From positions 5,766,001 to 5,830,000 of the forward strand of contig CP075497.1 in the NCBI GenBank assembly GCA_021613535.1: a DNA stretch of 64,000 bases, in the 5' to 3' direction. Under the pieces are notes generated by a model, which worked only from the letters and a program-made list of their open reading frames with translations, made no database searches and was not told where the DNA came from. A program made the translations under genes and the position numbers. Below are positions 46,127 through 59,500 of this stretch, piece after piece. The DNA is from Adineta vaga. Its lineage: Eukaryota > Animalia > Rotifera. Numbering within the stretch: position 1 is the stretch's first letter; each line of letters starts with the position of its first letter.

Positions 46127-48969
46127 ATGGTAATGCTCAACGATTACCTCCGATTCGTTCCGCCGATTCGGGATCTCGGTAAAATTTATCGATACTCTTC
46201 ATTGCTTCTAAAATAAAATTTAATTTAATTTAGAAATGATGAAATGCCATCCTATGTAATTAACAATACTCGTTATGTTTTACCACCTTCTAATGTCATC
46301 CGAGTGAGTATGACTGGTTTCTCTTCTTATTTTTTTTCTAATTCATTCTTTTCTTCTTTGAAGGATGTGGCTGATCAACAAATTGGACAACTTGACTCTT
46401 GGCCAGCGAATGCTAGTGGTGGAAGTGGTGCTCATCGAAGTTTAGCATTGACGACTCAAGGTCGTTTAGTACCTGTAGGAACAAATCTACGAGGAAGATT
46501 AGATTCAACTCCTAAACCAAGATTTCTTACGATTATTGAAGAATATTTGTACAGTGAATTAAAAGCACTCGGTGTTGAAGAACCAGTCGCAAGTGATGCA
46601 CGTTTACAAGTAAAATATCTCCTTATCTTCATCAGGATCTGTCTGTTTAATTCTTTCTAATAGGTCTTTCGTGAAGTTTTTTCGGCAGTTATTGATGATT
46701 TTAAAACATATCGACCACTTTTATCAATGATTAAAAATGAATACGAAATGATGATAGCACATCTGAATAATAAAGTCAACGAACTTGAACCACTTCGTGT
46801 AAGTTAAAATCTTTTCAACAATCCATAGAATGAATTCTTCTTTTTTCTCTTTTCAGCATCAATTGGTTTTATTAAGTGATGAATGCGATAAGAAGTTGAT
46901 GGATTATCGTAAAGAAGAACGCGATGATATGGTTTTATTAAAAGAAGAAAAGAAACGTTTGCAACAAACTATTCGTCATTTAACCAATCAAAATCAAAAT
47001 CTCGAAGCAAATATTCAACGAGTAAATTTCTACTTCGTAAAATACTGAGAGAAAATTTTCAAAATGAAAAATGATTTTAGTTACAAGAAGAAGTATCCAA
47101 TCAATATGAACTCTATCGAAAAGAACTGGATTCGAGAAAATTATTAATTAACGATGCCAATGATCTACGTGCTCAACAAGAAAAACATACTGATGTTAAA
47201 GAAGGTGTTGACGATCTAGGTGTAAAAAAAGAAGATACAATTATGATGAAAATTGCCTTAAAGTTAGTATGAAATTTCTATCATGTCTTCCTTCACTATA
47301 TTCCTCTGTTTTTATAGGCAAGCACGAAAAGATCTGGATATTGCACTTGCAAAAGTTATTTATATGGAAGCAAATTATAATGATGTTGTTCCTCGACGAG
47401 ATTTTATTGCATTAGAACTCAAATCGAATGAATATTTGGAAAGAATCAAAGAATTTCAAGAACTTATTGATAGTCAAACACGAGATATTGAATACCTTCG
47501 AACACAAAATGAGTAAAAGACATTTTTCTTTCACACGTACTTCGCAATCTATCGATATGTTTTCAGAAATCTTCGAGAAAATAATCAAAGTTTACAACAA
47601 GAAAAGGATGAATTAAGTATGAAAAACGAAAGTATTCATGATGGTATGACACCACGGTAAGAATTTCACTTCGTACAATTTCATACAATTATTCTTCTCT
47701 TCTTAGGCCGGCATGGCATTTAGCTGGAGATGTCATTGATGGTGGTACTGAACGTTGGCAAAATATTACAACGAATAAAACAAGTCAAGAAAAACTTGTT
47801 GTGCTACTCAATGAATTTACGGGTGGTGGTAATACTGGTAATGATGATAATGGTAATCAAACACAGAATAATTCACAACCAGAACAATTATCACCTCGTG
47901 GTGAAGGTGAACAAGTTCCATTTCATTTACGTTCATCGAAATCAGTGAAAAATCGACGAATGACACGACGTGATGTTGCTGTTCTGATTCAAGAAATATG
48001 GACAGAACGTCGTTCATCAAATAATCAAGTACATTCGATGATTTTAATAATGTACTCAACATAGGATTTCGTTTTTATTTAGGAAGGTCGAACGAAAAGT
48101 TTGTCTGAATTTGTTTACGAATATCTTCGAAATCGATATGGAAATCATAATACTGCTATTGAAATGGGTTACAATTTAGATTATGCATGTAAACGTTTTA
48201 AACAGAATGAAAATTGTCAATTATTCTATCAAATCTTATCTGGAGAGGTTGATGGATTTTTTTTCTTTGTCTTATTTTCTTATACTTGAATTTTTGTAAT
48301 AGGCGGATGAAGCTATTTATCATAATACAAGAAATCTCATTGATCAATTAGCAGAACGCGTTATTAAAGAAAGTGAAACACATCCAAATGGTTCTGTAAC
48401 AATCGAACAATTTACTGATATGTTAAAGAGATATTTACCGAATAAATCAGCAAGTGATATAACAGAATTAGTCATTGCTGCTGAAAAAGAACAACCAAGT
48501 GAAGAACAAATTGCATTAGCAAAATTATTTTCTGTTGTAAATTATTCACTAATGATTTATTTTTCTATTCGTTCAAATAAATTTTCGATTATCTTTTTGT
48601 TTTTAGGACGATGAAGATAATTATGGTGATTTTATTCGAATTTTAAAACGACAATTAAACGAAGACAAACAGAGTTATATTCATGATGTTCGAGAAAAAA
48701 TTGAAAATTTAAAGTAAAAAATAATATAGTCGAAAAAAACATTTCGTTAGAATATTTACATTTTTATTTCTAGTTCGGTAACTGCGAAAGATACGGAACA
48801 AGCAATTCGTGCTGTAAATCCTCATATACGACCGAATGAATTAGTTCATATTGTACAATGGATATTTGAAGCAAAAGATGGTAGTCAAATTCAATCGATG
48901 AATGTTAATGACGTTCTTCAACGCCTTCAAAATGGTGTCTTCTATCGGCAACATTCATTATCATCATAA
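46127..48969 (+). CDS. TSNAXIP1: Translin-associated factor X-interacting protein 1
   Basis: LDSWPA...PKPRFL..IEEYL..EL..L...RLQ/VFREVF..IDDFKTYRPLLSMIKNEYE, NYNDVVPRRDF, MTPRP.W. Multi-exon; stop at 48967-48969. Confidence 0.85.
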
Positions 48970-48995
48970 TCACATTCTTCTTCTTCTTTTTTATT

Positions 48996-50038
48996 CTACG
49001 AAAATAAATTTCTTAAAAGTTTATATGCCTTTGTCCATGAATGATATGATTCAAGATCAATTAATGTACGATCAACATAGGATAGTATTTCTTTAAAGAA
49101 ATAGATATAAGGTCGATGTTCGAATGCTAATGTTAAACAAGTTTTTTGTTCAGAAGTTTCCGTATGTATAAGATGTTTGAGATAGATTGGACCATATAAA
49201 TGATGTTTGTAAAAATATTTCACAATTTTCCAACATTCTTTCCGTTTGTATTCAATGATAAGATGCAAAACATTTTCACCTTTATCATTTCGAAGATCAA
49301 GACGAGCACCTGATTTGATTAATATTTCGAAGAATAATACTTTCTACATAGAGATTCATAGAGATGAAAAGTCAATATATAGTCAACATTTACATTCATC
49401 ATAACAGCATAGTGGGCAGCAGTATGACCTGTTCGAGTTTGAATATCAAGATTACAATGACGTTTTTGAACAAGTGCATTGATAATATTTATATTCGTTG
49501 ATGTAAGACAATCCATTAGAGCTGTTCGATTTTCTCGATCCGGTTCATTAATATTAACATCTCGATTGAGAAGGAAAAGAACACCTTCATACCAACCTGT
49601 TTCAGCTGCAATAGAAAGTAATTTTCGACCAGTATCTCTTTCACCATATTGAAATAGATATGATTGTATATTTGATTGACTAAGAACGGAAAGAATTTCT
49701 TGAGAATGTTGACGGAATCCATTTAGAATTCGTGTATCTTCAATGATATTATAAGAATCGTTTTGCTTTTCTTTAGCAGTCATTATTTGAGTGATCTTTT
49801 TCAATTCTTCAAGATTAGCCAAATCGTCAATGTTGACATGAAGAGAATCTGTTGAGTAAGTATCTGTATCTTCTTGTCTTCGTGTTATTGACGAATAACG
49901 AATACATTTCGATTTCTCTTGATCCGATGCAGAACTCGAATGTTGATCACCTCCACCTTGAACATTAACCGATAATGAACTTTGTGAGATTGACTCTAAA
50001 GATACAATAAATACATTTATTGAAGTAAAACTAACCAT
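48996..50038 (-). CDS. Ankyrin-repeat protein
   Basis: GRKLLSIAA, DRENRTALM, RTGHTAAHYAV, NDKGENVLHLII, TCLTLA repeats. One intron at ~49344-49393 joins ORFs 49319-50038 and 48996-49268. 5' end uncertain. Confidence 0.75.
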
Positions 50039-50722
50039 GAATTCAATGTCATTCTATCAAAATTTAAACTATAATCAACATTCTAATCTCTTGAAGAATC
50101 CTCTCAATTATAACTTTTTTCTTTTCTTTTATATACTTCTTCGATTATAACGAACTGATTGATCCTATCATGAATATCAATCTTACGTCTGTATCTGTAT
50201 AATGAAGCCTCTTCTAAACGGTAGCAAAGAAATATATCTTGATATTTCTATTTCTCGTTGTAGAAGCTTAACAAGAGCAATACCACTTCGTGAAGTAAAT
50301 ATTCCTAATCTTCTCACCACATAAAATCGCTGAATGAAACGCAATTTCATTCTTATTCGATAATCAAGATGTATCCCATGTCTTCTCATGTATCACTTCT
50401 ATATAGTAGAGAAGACCTGTTTGAAAATTTGACTAACCATTATTTGTTTTACTAATCGAATTTGGTAGTAGTAGTAGTGATTTGATCGAAAATAACGATA
50501 TATTATTCATTGAATACAAATCTGAATAATTTCAGGCGCATAAATTTGAATTTTTTTCTTTTTCTCAGATCCAATTATTAAATAAGAAAGATGAACAGAA
50601 AGATAGATTATAACAACTCGATGTGTACATATTGTCAAACAAACAAAAAAAAAGGAAGAATTGCTAAAAATACATGACGATGGAAAAAAGAAAAGAGAAA
50701 AGAGAAAAAAAAACAAACGAAT

Positions 50723-52201
50723 TTAGACAAGTGTTTCAAGTTGAGTATTCTGTAGATGATTTTTCTGATGTATAAGTGACATTGAATGATGATTACTATC
50801 ATCACTAGTTAAAGAGTTTATTCCCGAATCTTCATCAGCTTCTTTAATTGATGTAAATGCAACATTGCCTGTTGTAGTTGCAATATCTAATGTATCGTAA
50901 GTTGATTGTTCCTCGATATTTGTTCGAAAATTCTGTTGTTGTTGTTGTTGTTGTTGTTGTTGCTGTGGTGATAGATAGTTTGGTGTAATACATCTTGAAG
51001 ATGTCATTAAATTAGATGAAGTTTCATATTCCAGATATTTCAATTCATCATATTTTGAAGCAAGCAAGATTTCCATTTCACGTAAAGATAAATCCAAATC
51101 GTGCATTTCTTTTGATTGAATTCGTGATAATTCTCTACTGCGATAGATCGAATTTTTCAATGATACGAGATCATTTGATATTTGAGAATTATTTTCATTA
51201 CTAGCTGATGATAATGTACTTGGTAAAGTATCATAATGTTGTTGATGTAAAACATGATTGAGTTCATTTGATATCGCTTGTTCAACAGCATATAAGATAT
51301 TTGTTTTTTCATCAATACGTTCTTGCATATTTAGGATTGAATTACATAATTGTGTAGCAAAGATTAGTTGATCTTGTTGATCAATTTGATGAGAAAATAG
51401 ACGTGAAACATCCGTTAATGATACTTCATTATTCGAAAGCGAAGAGGAAGTAGATGAGTCCGGTGAATACGGATTTCTTGGTAATGTTTTCGATATTGGT
51501 GATGATATTGTTTCTGCTTGATGAATTTTTTCATCAAGATAATCGAGTAAACGTTTTTGTCTTTCAATAATATTCGTATTTTCATGAAAATCATTCAGAG
51601 ATTTTTGTCGATATACGACCGTTTGAGATTGACATTGATTACTTGTAATCGATAACAAGGATGAATCTGATGGAGACGGTGACAATAAGGATGTAGATAT
51701 TGATGAAAACGTTTGGGATTTAGCTGAAAGAAATCGACGAAAGATTTTCGAACGAAATTTCGATGTGGAAGAATTATTATCAATTAATGACGAGGTCGAT
51801 ACGAGGTGAAGGATTGTTAATGGTAATTTATCGAATTGCCAATTTTTATATGCTTTAATTACTTTACCACGGCCTTTAATAATACGTTGAGTGATAAGTG
51901 ATGGTGGTTCGGATTCATTATTATTTGATGAAGTCGATGCTGTTAGTTGAACACATTCAGCAACAGCATAACCTGTAATTGTAGTTGATGTCGAATTTGT
52001 GATTGTCGTTGTTTTAAGTAAATCCGCTTGTGCCAATAAAGCATAGATAAGATCATCGAATGTTGTCTTTTTTGTTATACCAGTTACCCATTTACGTTTA
52101 CCATATACCCAAACAGGTATTTCCAGTGTTAATTCACCAGTATCCGACGCATTGCTGCTGCTGTTGTTATTATTATTGTTATTACTACTTGTTGTCGACA
52201 T
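50723..52201 (-). CDS. N-terminal Ras-association domain family protein (RASSF9/RASSF10-like), single coding exon
   Basis: EIPVWVYGKRKWVTGITKKTTFDDLIYALL RA-domain start, a coiled coil, DSGINSL motif and C-terminal ETLV PDZ-binding-like end. ATG at 52201, preceded by an AG acceptor near 52219. Confidence 0.82.
   Translation of the reverse strand: MSTTSSNNNNNNNSSSNASDTGELTLEIPVWVYGKRKWVTGITKKTTFDDLIYALLAQADLLKTTTITNSTSTTITGYAVAECVQLTASTSSNNNESEPPSLITQRIIKGRGKVIKAYKNWQFDKLPLTILHLVSTSSLIDNNSSTSKFRSKIFRRFLSAKSQTFSSISTSLLSPSPSDSSLLSITSNQCQSQTVVYRQKSLNDFHENTNIIERQKRLLDYLDEKIHQAETISSPISKTLPRNPYSPDSSTSSSLSNNEVSLTDVSRLFSHQIDQQDQLIFATQLCNSILNMQERIDEKTNILYAVEQAISNELNHVLHQQHYDTLPSTLSSASNENNSQISNDLVSLKNSIYRSRELSRIQSKEMHDLDLSLREMEILLASKYDELKYLEYETSSNLMTSSRCITPNYLSPQQQQQQQQQQQNFRTNIEEQSTYDTLDIATTTGNVAFTSIKEADEDSGINSLTSDDSNHHSMSLIHQKNHLQNTQLETLV
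50934..50966 (-). repeat. CAA/CAG trinucleotide repeat encoding poly-Gln in the RASSF-like CDS
   Basis: (TTG)n on the + strand; Q11 tract in the ORF. Confidence 0.8.
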
Positions 52202-52316
52202 GTTTACTACTTGTTCGTCTAGAATAAAATTTTGGATATATATATGTATAAAAGGTACTATTATATTAGAGATAATGTTTGATCGTTTTTCTTCTCTTTT
52301 CAATCAGTATCGTCTA

Positions 52317-52350
52317 GATGAATGAATGAATGAATGAAAGAATGAATGAA
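52317..52350. repeat. (GAAT)n microsatellite
   Basis: atgaatgaatgaatgaatgaaagaatgaatgaa. Confidence 0.7.
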
Positions 52351-54280
52351 AAAAAATGATCGAACCTTGATTGCAAGGCACTATGTATAAATGAAAAGTG
52401 AAAGAGGCAAAAGAGAGATTGAGAGTGGGAGAAAAGGCACACTTGTGGGAATAAGCTCAATATATCGATGAAAGAATGTTGGGTCAATATTATTGCTTTG
52501 AATCAAAGTAAAAAAGACTGATATTTGAACCGTTTAGAACAGAAGGCACCTCGACGATAACAATAGAACAGAAGCTGATACATGTCTATCCACACGATTT
52601 CATTTATTCCTTACTTAGATGTATATACATGAAAGACAGAATGAATGCCAAAATAAACAAATAAGATCAAAAGCATAGATATACATACCTTCGATGAAAA
52701 AATCTCTCATCTAAGCTTTTATTCTTCTACTCAGATTTGCTTATTTTTCTATGTATGTAGAATATAGAAAGACAGCTGTGCTGATATGATGCTGTAATCG
52801 TTCATATACATAGCTGTTCTCATCATCTTTCTAATCAAATCTAAGCAAGATGCTTCTCTTTCTGATTGCGGAAGCTCACTTTTTCTTCTTTCTTCTTTCC
52901 TCTATCTGTTAACGAAGATGGTAACTATTAGAGTTCAATACTCTTGTTTACACTCATTATCACGATGTAAGTCCTTTATTCCTGCGTATACAATGATCTA
53001 CCTCGTCTGATGTCTACTAACTCGTTATTCAGATGTAGACAGACGTGCGCCGTTCAATACTATTCTTCTTCTTCTTTCGCATCTAATACACAACACTTAT
53101 TTTGCCAATATCATCCATACATGCATATGTAGACGAAGAGGTAGAACGATATGAGGGACTAACAGTCCGTCGTAGTCGACGTATTCTTTCTTTTTCCTCT
53201 CTTCTCCTTCGGTATACGTCCGTTGTTCATACAAATCGACATGTACCGCTATTCTCGTCGGTTAGATGGAGAGGTGAATACATACAACTGTGCCTTTTTT
53301 TTCGTTATTTCTAGGTCATTCTTAAGCATAACTGAATGAATCGTTATGCTCAATTTTGATAAATGAATAAAAAAAAAAGAAAGAAAGAACTACATTGGAG
53401 TATTACCCTCCATCGAAACATAGAACGTATGATTTCAAGTAGTCGATAAGAAAGGCCGAAAAAAAAGAGCAAGACTAATTCTTTTTTATGCATTCATACT
53501 CTTTTAATAAGCAAATTCTAATTGTTGTCTGATGCACTTGAATCTAATTGGATATGTTTGCATAATACTAGGACTGGAACATGATTACGAACCAATTTAC
53601 ATTTAAGATGAGAAGAAAAGTAACAGGAAGTAGTTTGTATGGCTTATATATGTATAGTAATGCAAAGAGAAAAGAGAATGCTATGCTCATAAAACCGAAA
53701 AAAATTGTTCAATGCCAAATAACAATGAATGAGACAACAATGCTTCGTGTGTGTGCATCTGTATAAGTATATACGTCTACCGGCGATAACGGAAACGAAA
53801 GCGTGTGTTCAATTCAATCAATAACAGGAGTATCCGGAGTTTTTTTTTCACTAGCTAATATATTGTTAGGTATGTATGTATTAATATAGGTAAGTATTAA
53901 CGGAAAGAAAAGGAAATAAAACTCACTGTAAAAGGACACGACTCGCCTGTTTGCTTATGATGATCATCTAAGTTTCATGGTTTGTCGAAGATAAATGATT
54001 GAAACTGTCAAACATATAGAAAAGATGAAGACAAAAGATAATTGCTTTTTATGTATGTATGTCGATGATATCGAATGTTCTTCGCGCTTGGCGTGTATTA
54101 ATCCCTCTAGCATACACATTCGACAGCAATGATTTTTTGCTTGTTCGTAAGAATACACACACACACACACATACATACAAACGCTAGATCGATATTCAAT
54201 TACATCATACATCTATGAGTATATACAGCCTTGTGCTCACTGCTGTAATTTTCTCTTTACAGAACTTTTACATATTGTAC

Positions 54281-54311
54281 TAGTAGTAGTAGTAGTAGTA
54301 GTAGCAGCAGT
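54281..54311. repeat. (TAG)n microsatellite
   Basis: About 8 TAG units followed by CAG units. Confidence 0.75.
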
Positions 54312-56474
54312 CGTTTCTTCTCAGGAGAGATGAAATGAAATAGAACTCGTAACTGAGACAAGTGACGTTTAACTCGACAGATACCAAAACAAAACATGAG
54401 TTTTAATTAGTATGATTGATTAGTTCAAATCAATTCTATTAGAAGTTAATTCTGTAGAAATGATTTGATCATAAGATTCTTCTGATCAATGAATTATAAG
54501 AATCGAACAATTCAGGTAATTTCTACATAACCTTGTTATCAATGAGAAATACTATCACTCCATGAAATCGTATCATTATCGACTTGGTTATATTAAATAC
54601 AAAACGGAAATTACTATTCATTTGGTAATTATCAAAATCTATTCAAAGAAAAGTACCACTTAGAAAAGAATAATTATAAGTTTGCTTACCATCTCCTCGT
54701 ATGCAATGACTGATCATTTGTAATGCTTAAAAGTAAAGCATCTAAATGTACGTGTATATATATATATATATATAATGGTCCTTCTTTCTAGTTTTTGTAA
54801 TAAGCAGATGGAATATACACAAAATGATAACAAATGTCGTCATCTCTCTCATTTATACTCTCATATACATTTGGTAATTGCCTAGAAAATTTATCCGAAG
54901 GATTAGATTTTCGAGAAGGCAGACAGACAAAAAAAGAAGAATTATGGAAATGATTAAGGATGAATATCAATCATCGATAAGTAAAAAGAGTATCTTCGAA
55001 AGACCATGAACTTCTTCCGGTTTTTTTTCCTGTTTTGCATTTATCATGGTCTTTCACCTAACAAATGTTAATATGGGTCATTTTTACGATTTACTATTAT
55101 ATGTCATTGTTGTCGAACATTTGAAAGTTTGAATAAACATTGACACGTTCAACAAATATAACCTAGAGGGAATGAAACCTTTTAAGGTTTCATATATATA
55201 TTCGTATACTTGATGCAAATAAATAATATGCTGAATTTACACGTTCGTTTTTGGTCTAGACTATCATAGTTGAAGTTAAAACTGAAGAAGAAGTCTTAAC
55301 TAAAAATAGGAGCTAAGAGCAAGGTTGAACAAAAGAACGTTTATTAACTCACGATCAAACTTAATTTAATCTTTTGTTTGCGATTTACGATCCTAGGAGG
55401 ATGATATTAAAAGAAAAATTATGAGCAATCTTATAGATGAATATATAAATCGAACTCTCGAGAGACTACAGAAAAGGAAATGTATGAGAAAATAAAAAGG
55501 TTTTACCTTGACTTTAAAAGTTAGATACACGCAATGAATAAATAAAATCACCGTTTGAAGAATGATTAGAAGAATTTATCAATATATGTTATCATGCGTT
55601 TTCTGTTGTTGTCGTTTGCATTTTCTAATGAATTATTCTCTTGCTTAGTGATGATTGATTGCTGAGTATTTTTCTTCAGTTTCTTTTTTTCATTTTCACT
55701 AAACAGGTAGAGAGAAAGGACGTGTTCAGACGTGACCGGAGAGCGCGACGAAGCGAGAATGTTCGTTCTATACACTATTCTTTCTCTTTTGTATCCATCC
55801 CATTTCTTTTCTCTTTCACTCTCGTTCTCTTGTGAGGTGATGTTTAATGTGTTCAAATGAACTTGGAAGCTGACTGAAATCGAAATTGTTTTGAGCAGAA
55901 CAAAAAAGAAGAAGAAGAAGAAGAAAAGTGACCTTTTCACCGTACTTAACATATGCTCAATGGGCGAGAAAAGGAAGATGAAGTAGGAAAGGACATCAGA
56001 TAAAGAAAAAGTATACTTTTTAATATAACCTTAGGCTAGCAGATATGTTTGACTTCTGAAATCGGATATGAATTTCTGATGAATAAACTACATAAGACAA
56101 GAAAAGATCATAAACTATAAAAATCTAAGATTGTATTTTTTTCTTTTGTTAACAAAAGTATTAGAATCTTTGAAAGAAAACAAGAGAAATATAATGATGT
56201 CTACCAAACAGAACAAATTGGGATGTTCGAAAAAAAAGTCAGTTAATCTTTCTTTACACAATTACAATTGGATTTATATTCTACATTGTCTCATAACAAT
56301 CGACGTGAGGAATAAACAAACGAAAATTAAACAAGGCCTAACGTAGATATAATTATATCGATTACTCGATTGCTTAAAAAACTTGATTATCAATCCTTGT
56401 GATGAATTTTGAACATGTGAACTGACGACATCTTTTCGAAGTTTCACTTTAAAAGTTGACTAAGAGTTTAAATG

Positions 56475-56579
56475 TCATGGTAAACATCAAGCAAAATGGA
56501 TGATTGTAACGATCATCAGACAATCAACGGAACAATTTTGTTCTCTTTTCTTTTTTACTAGTACTAAAACATGGCAACG
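56475..56579 (+). promoter_or_regulatory. Forkhead (FoxJ1-type) GTAAACA site and RFX X-box half-sites at the CFAP57 5' end
   Basis: TCATGGTAAACA at 56475-56486 and CATGGCAAC spanning the ATG (56570-56578). Such motifs are typical of motile-cilia genes but are short. Confidence 0.3.
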
Positions 56580-59500
56580 ACAAGTACAGTTTCACCAGTT
56601 ACTCTTCAAGTTCAAACTATTTTTGGTGTTCGATCTAAACTTGAATCGGGTTTATTCTTTGCGGATGAACATACAGTTATTTATCCAGCAGGCAATCATT
56701 ATGTCCTTGCTAATGTTGAAACTAAAAGTCAACGAATCTTTCGTTGTAATGAATTAGAACATATTGATGCTATGCTTGTTCATAGTGATGCAGCGATAAT
56801 CGCTGTTATTGCAACAACTATGAATGCAGATAAAGAATCGACAATCATTTCTTTCTATGACTTACATTCAAATAGTGGAAAAAAGAAACGATCATTTCAT
56901 ATACGTGATGGTCCAACAACGATAACATCGATGGCTTTTTCACATGATGCAAAACATTTAGCTATTCTAGAATGTGGCAATCGAGAATATACATTATCAC
57001 TTTGGCTTTGGCAAAAATCACGTCTTTTGGGAACAGTTAAATTAAGTCAAGTGGAAGGTGTATCTGTCTTATCTCAGATATTATTTGATCCAACAGATAA
57101 CAATTACTTATCAGTGATTGGCAGACGTTATTGTCGTTTTGTTCGACATACGGATGGAAATATAAGAATTCAACCATCATCAGCAAAACTTGATCAATAT
57201 GATTTTATTTCACATGGTAAAAATAGAAATTAAACAAAAAACGTTCTTTTTACTTTATTTCTTTAATGATTTCTTTTAAAGCATGGTATGATTCAAATCG
57301 TTTAATAGCCGGAACAAGTAATGGTCATGTATGTGTTTTATACAATGGTGATATTCAGATTGAAATGGATGTTGTCGAAGGACGTGAAGGAGCAACAACA
57401 GTGTAAGAACAAAAGATAAATGACTTTTCTTTTTCTTTTTCTTTTTGATAACCAGACAGATCAATTAAAAAACATCTTGCTGACGCACACCAACTGTTAC
57501 TAAAAATATGTGTCGCGTCGTAAGAATAGAAAACATGTTGTGGCATAAGGACATGAAAGAAGAGGATTTAAAAAAGAAAGACTTCGAAACAGAATATTAC
57601 TTTGGTGTTGTTTTTAGACCTGCACGTACTTTATCCACTACTTCATCGGCGCCTAAAAGTGGTGGACGATCAGCACTTCATCAACATCAACAAGAACATC
57701 TTGATACATCACGTCCATCGGGTGAAGAAGTAACTTCAATTAATATTGTTAACAAAGGTTTCTTTTGTTTGGTGGGTGGAAGACGTTTATGCCATTATTC
57801 TAAAATTGCTGATAGTTGGGATTTTGCTAAAACTCGTGAATATGTTGTTCCGAGTAACGAAATAGGTACTGCTCGTTCATTAGATAGTGATCTAAATCCT
57901 TCCAAAGTTCAAATGATAAACAACAAATAAATGGCGAACAAATAATGTGGAAAGTGGCTGTTAGTCCAAAAGAAGAACATGTTCTTGTTTTAACCAGTAA
58001 ACAACAGATTTATTCGGTATCGGATATAACAAAAGATCAATCCGCAGAATCAACAGTAAATTTTTTCAATATTTTATTTCTTTTATAATTGTTTTAACAT
58101 TTCTTTTGTTTTTTTAGGAAGCTTACCTCTTAGAACTAGTCTTTAATCCATATCATCAATTATCTATACGTGGTTTAGATATCGCTACACATAAACCATT
58201 ATTTGTTTCATCAGGTGAAGATCATACTGTTCGACTTTGGAATTATGACAATAATACATTGGAACAAATTCGATTATATGGTGAGCCTGTATATGCGATT
58301 TCAATTCATCCAAATGCTCTTCAAATTGTCGTTGCATTTGCTTCTCGAGTGTGCCTTATGAATATATTAGTCGATGGATTTTCAACTGTAAAAGAATTCG
58401 CTATACGTGCTGCACATGATATCAAATTTAGGTAGATAAAAATCATTTCTAGAAGACATCTTTTATTTGCTATTTATTTGTCTAGTCATGGTGGTCAACT
58501 TTTTGCTGTCGTTGATTCAGATATCATTCAAATAATATCTCCATTATATTTGAAAGTATTACATCGACTTAATCACGGTCAAACTGTAAGTCGAATAATT
58601 GTTATTTAGTATCGAAGGAAACGTGTTATTTTGTTCAGATTAAAACTATTTCATGGAAAAAGAACGATCTTGGTTTGTATTCTCAATCAGCCAATTATTT
58701 TGCTGCATGGAATCTTGAAACTCAAACAAAAATCTTTGAATTAAAACCAACTTATCGTTTTGATGGTGGATTTACTGTTGATAAAGAAGATAAATTTGTT
58801 TATCTGGCATGTGATGATGGATTGATACGAGAATTTCAAATCGGACAAACACAGGTTTTTTATTATTGAAAAGAAAATTGTAAATTAATTTTTCATGTTC
58901 TTTTCAAGGTCAAAAAGGAACTTAAATTACCACAGGATGATAAACCAAGTTGTTTAGAAATGTATAAGAGTAATAGTGCATTACTTTGCGGTACACATCG
59001 TGGTTCAATCTATGTTATTCGAACTCCATTATCAAATGCACCAAATGGAATATTTCATTATTTAGCTCATTCAGCTCGTGTTACACATGTAGATATTCCT
59101 TTTTTTCTTTATCTCATCATTTAATTTTTGTTGATGTAAATGTTATTTTGTTTTTGATAGATTGTGAGTGCATTTCATGAAGCATTGATTATTAGTTGTT
59201 GTGAAGATGGTATTTTAATGCTATGGGGTACACATATAAAACGATCAGCTAAAAATGAAGATTGGTCGACAGTTGTATTACAAAATAAAACGAGATTTCT
59301 CAGTTTAGTAAGTAATGATATTAAATTTTGATTAGAAAATAGAAATTGTGAGTCATATTCACTTTTTTGATTCCTAAATAGTTAGAATCGTAGTCAACAA
59401 GCAAAGTTTGTTCTGAGAGTTGAATTTATTTTCGAATTCTCTCATTTATTCATTCTTTAACTGTTGAAAATTTTTGTCTAGCCACAAAAAATTCGTGAAC

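Noticed and set aside
46127-48969. TSNAXIP1/CFAP57 as evidence of retained sperm genes in an asexual lineage
   Set aside because: Both are general motile-cilia genes, and rotifers have a ciliated corona.
55566-55952. 128-aa minus-strand ORF
   Set aside because: Built from CTT/GA simple repeats in a promoter-like region; no domain.
59381-59410. Possible 12-nt microexon or poison exon in a CFAP57 intron
   Set aside because: Flanking exons already join in frame and the splice signals are ambiguous.
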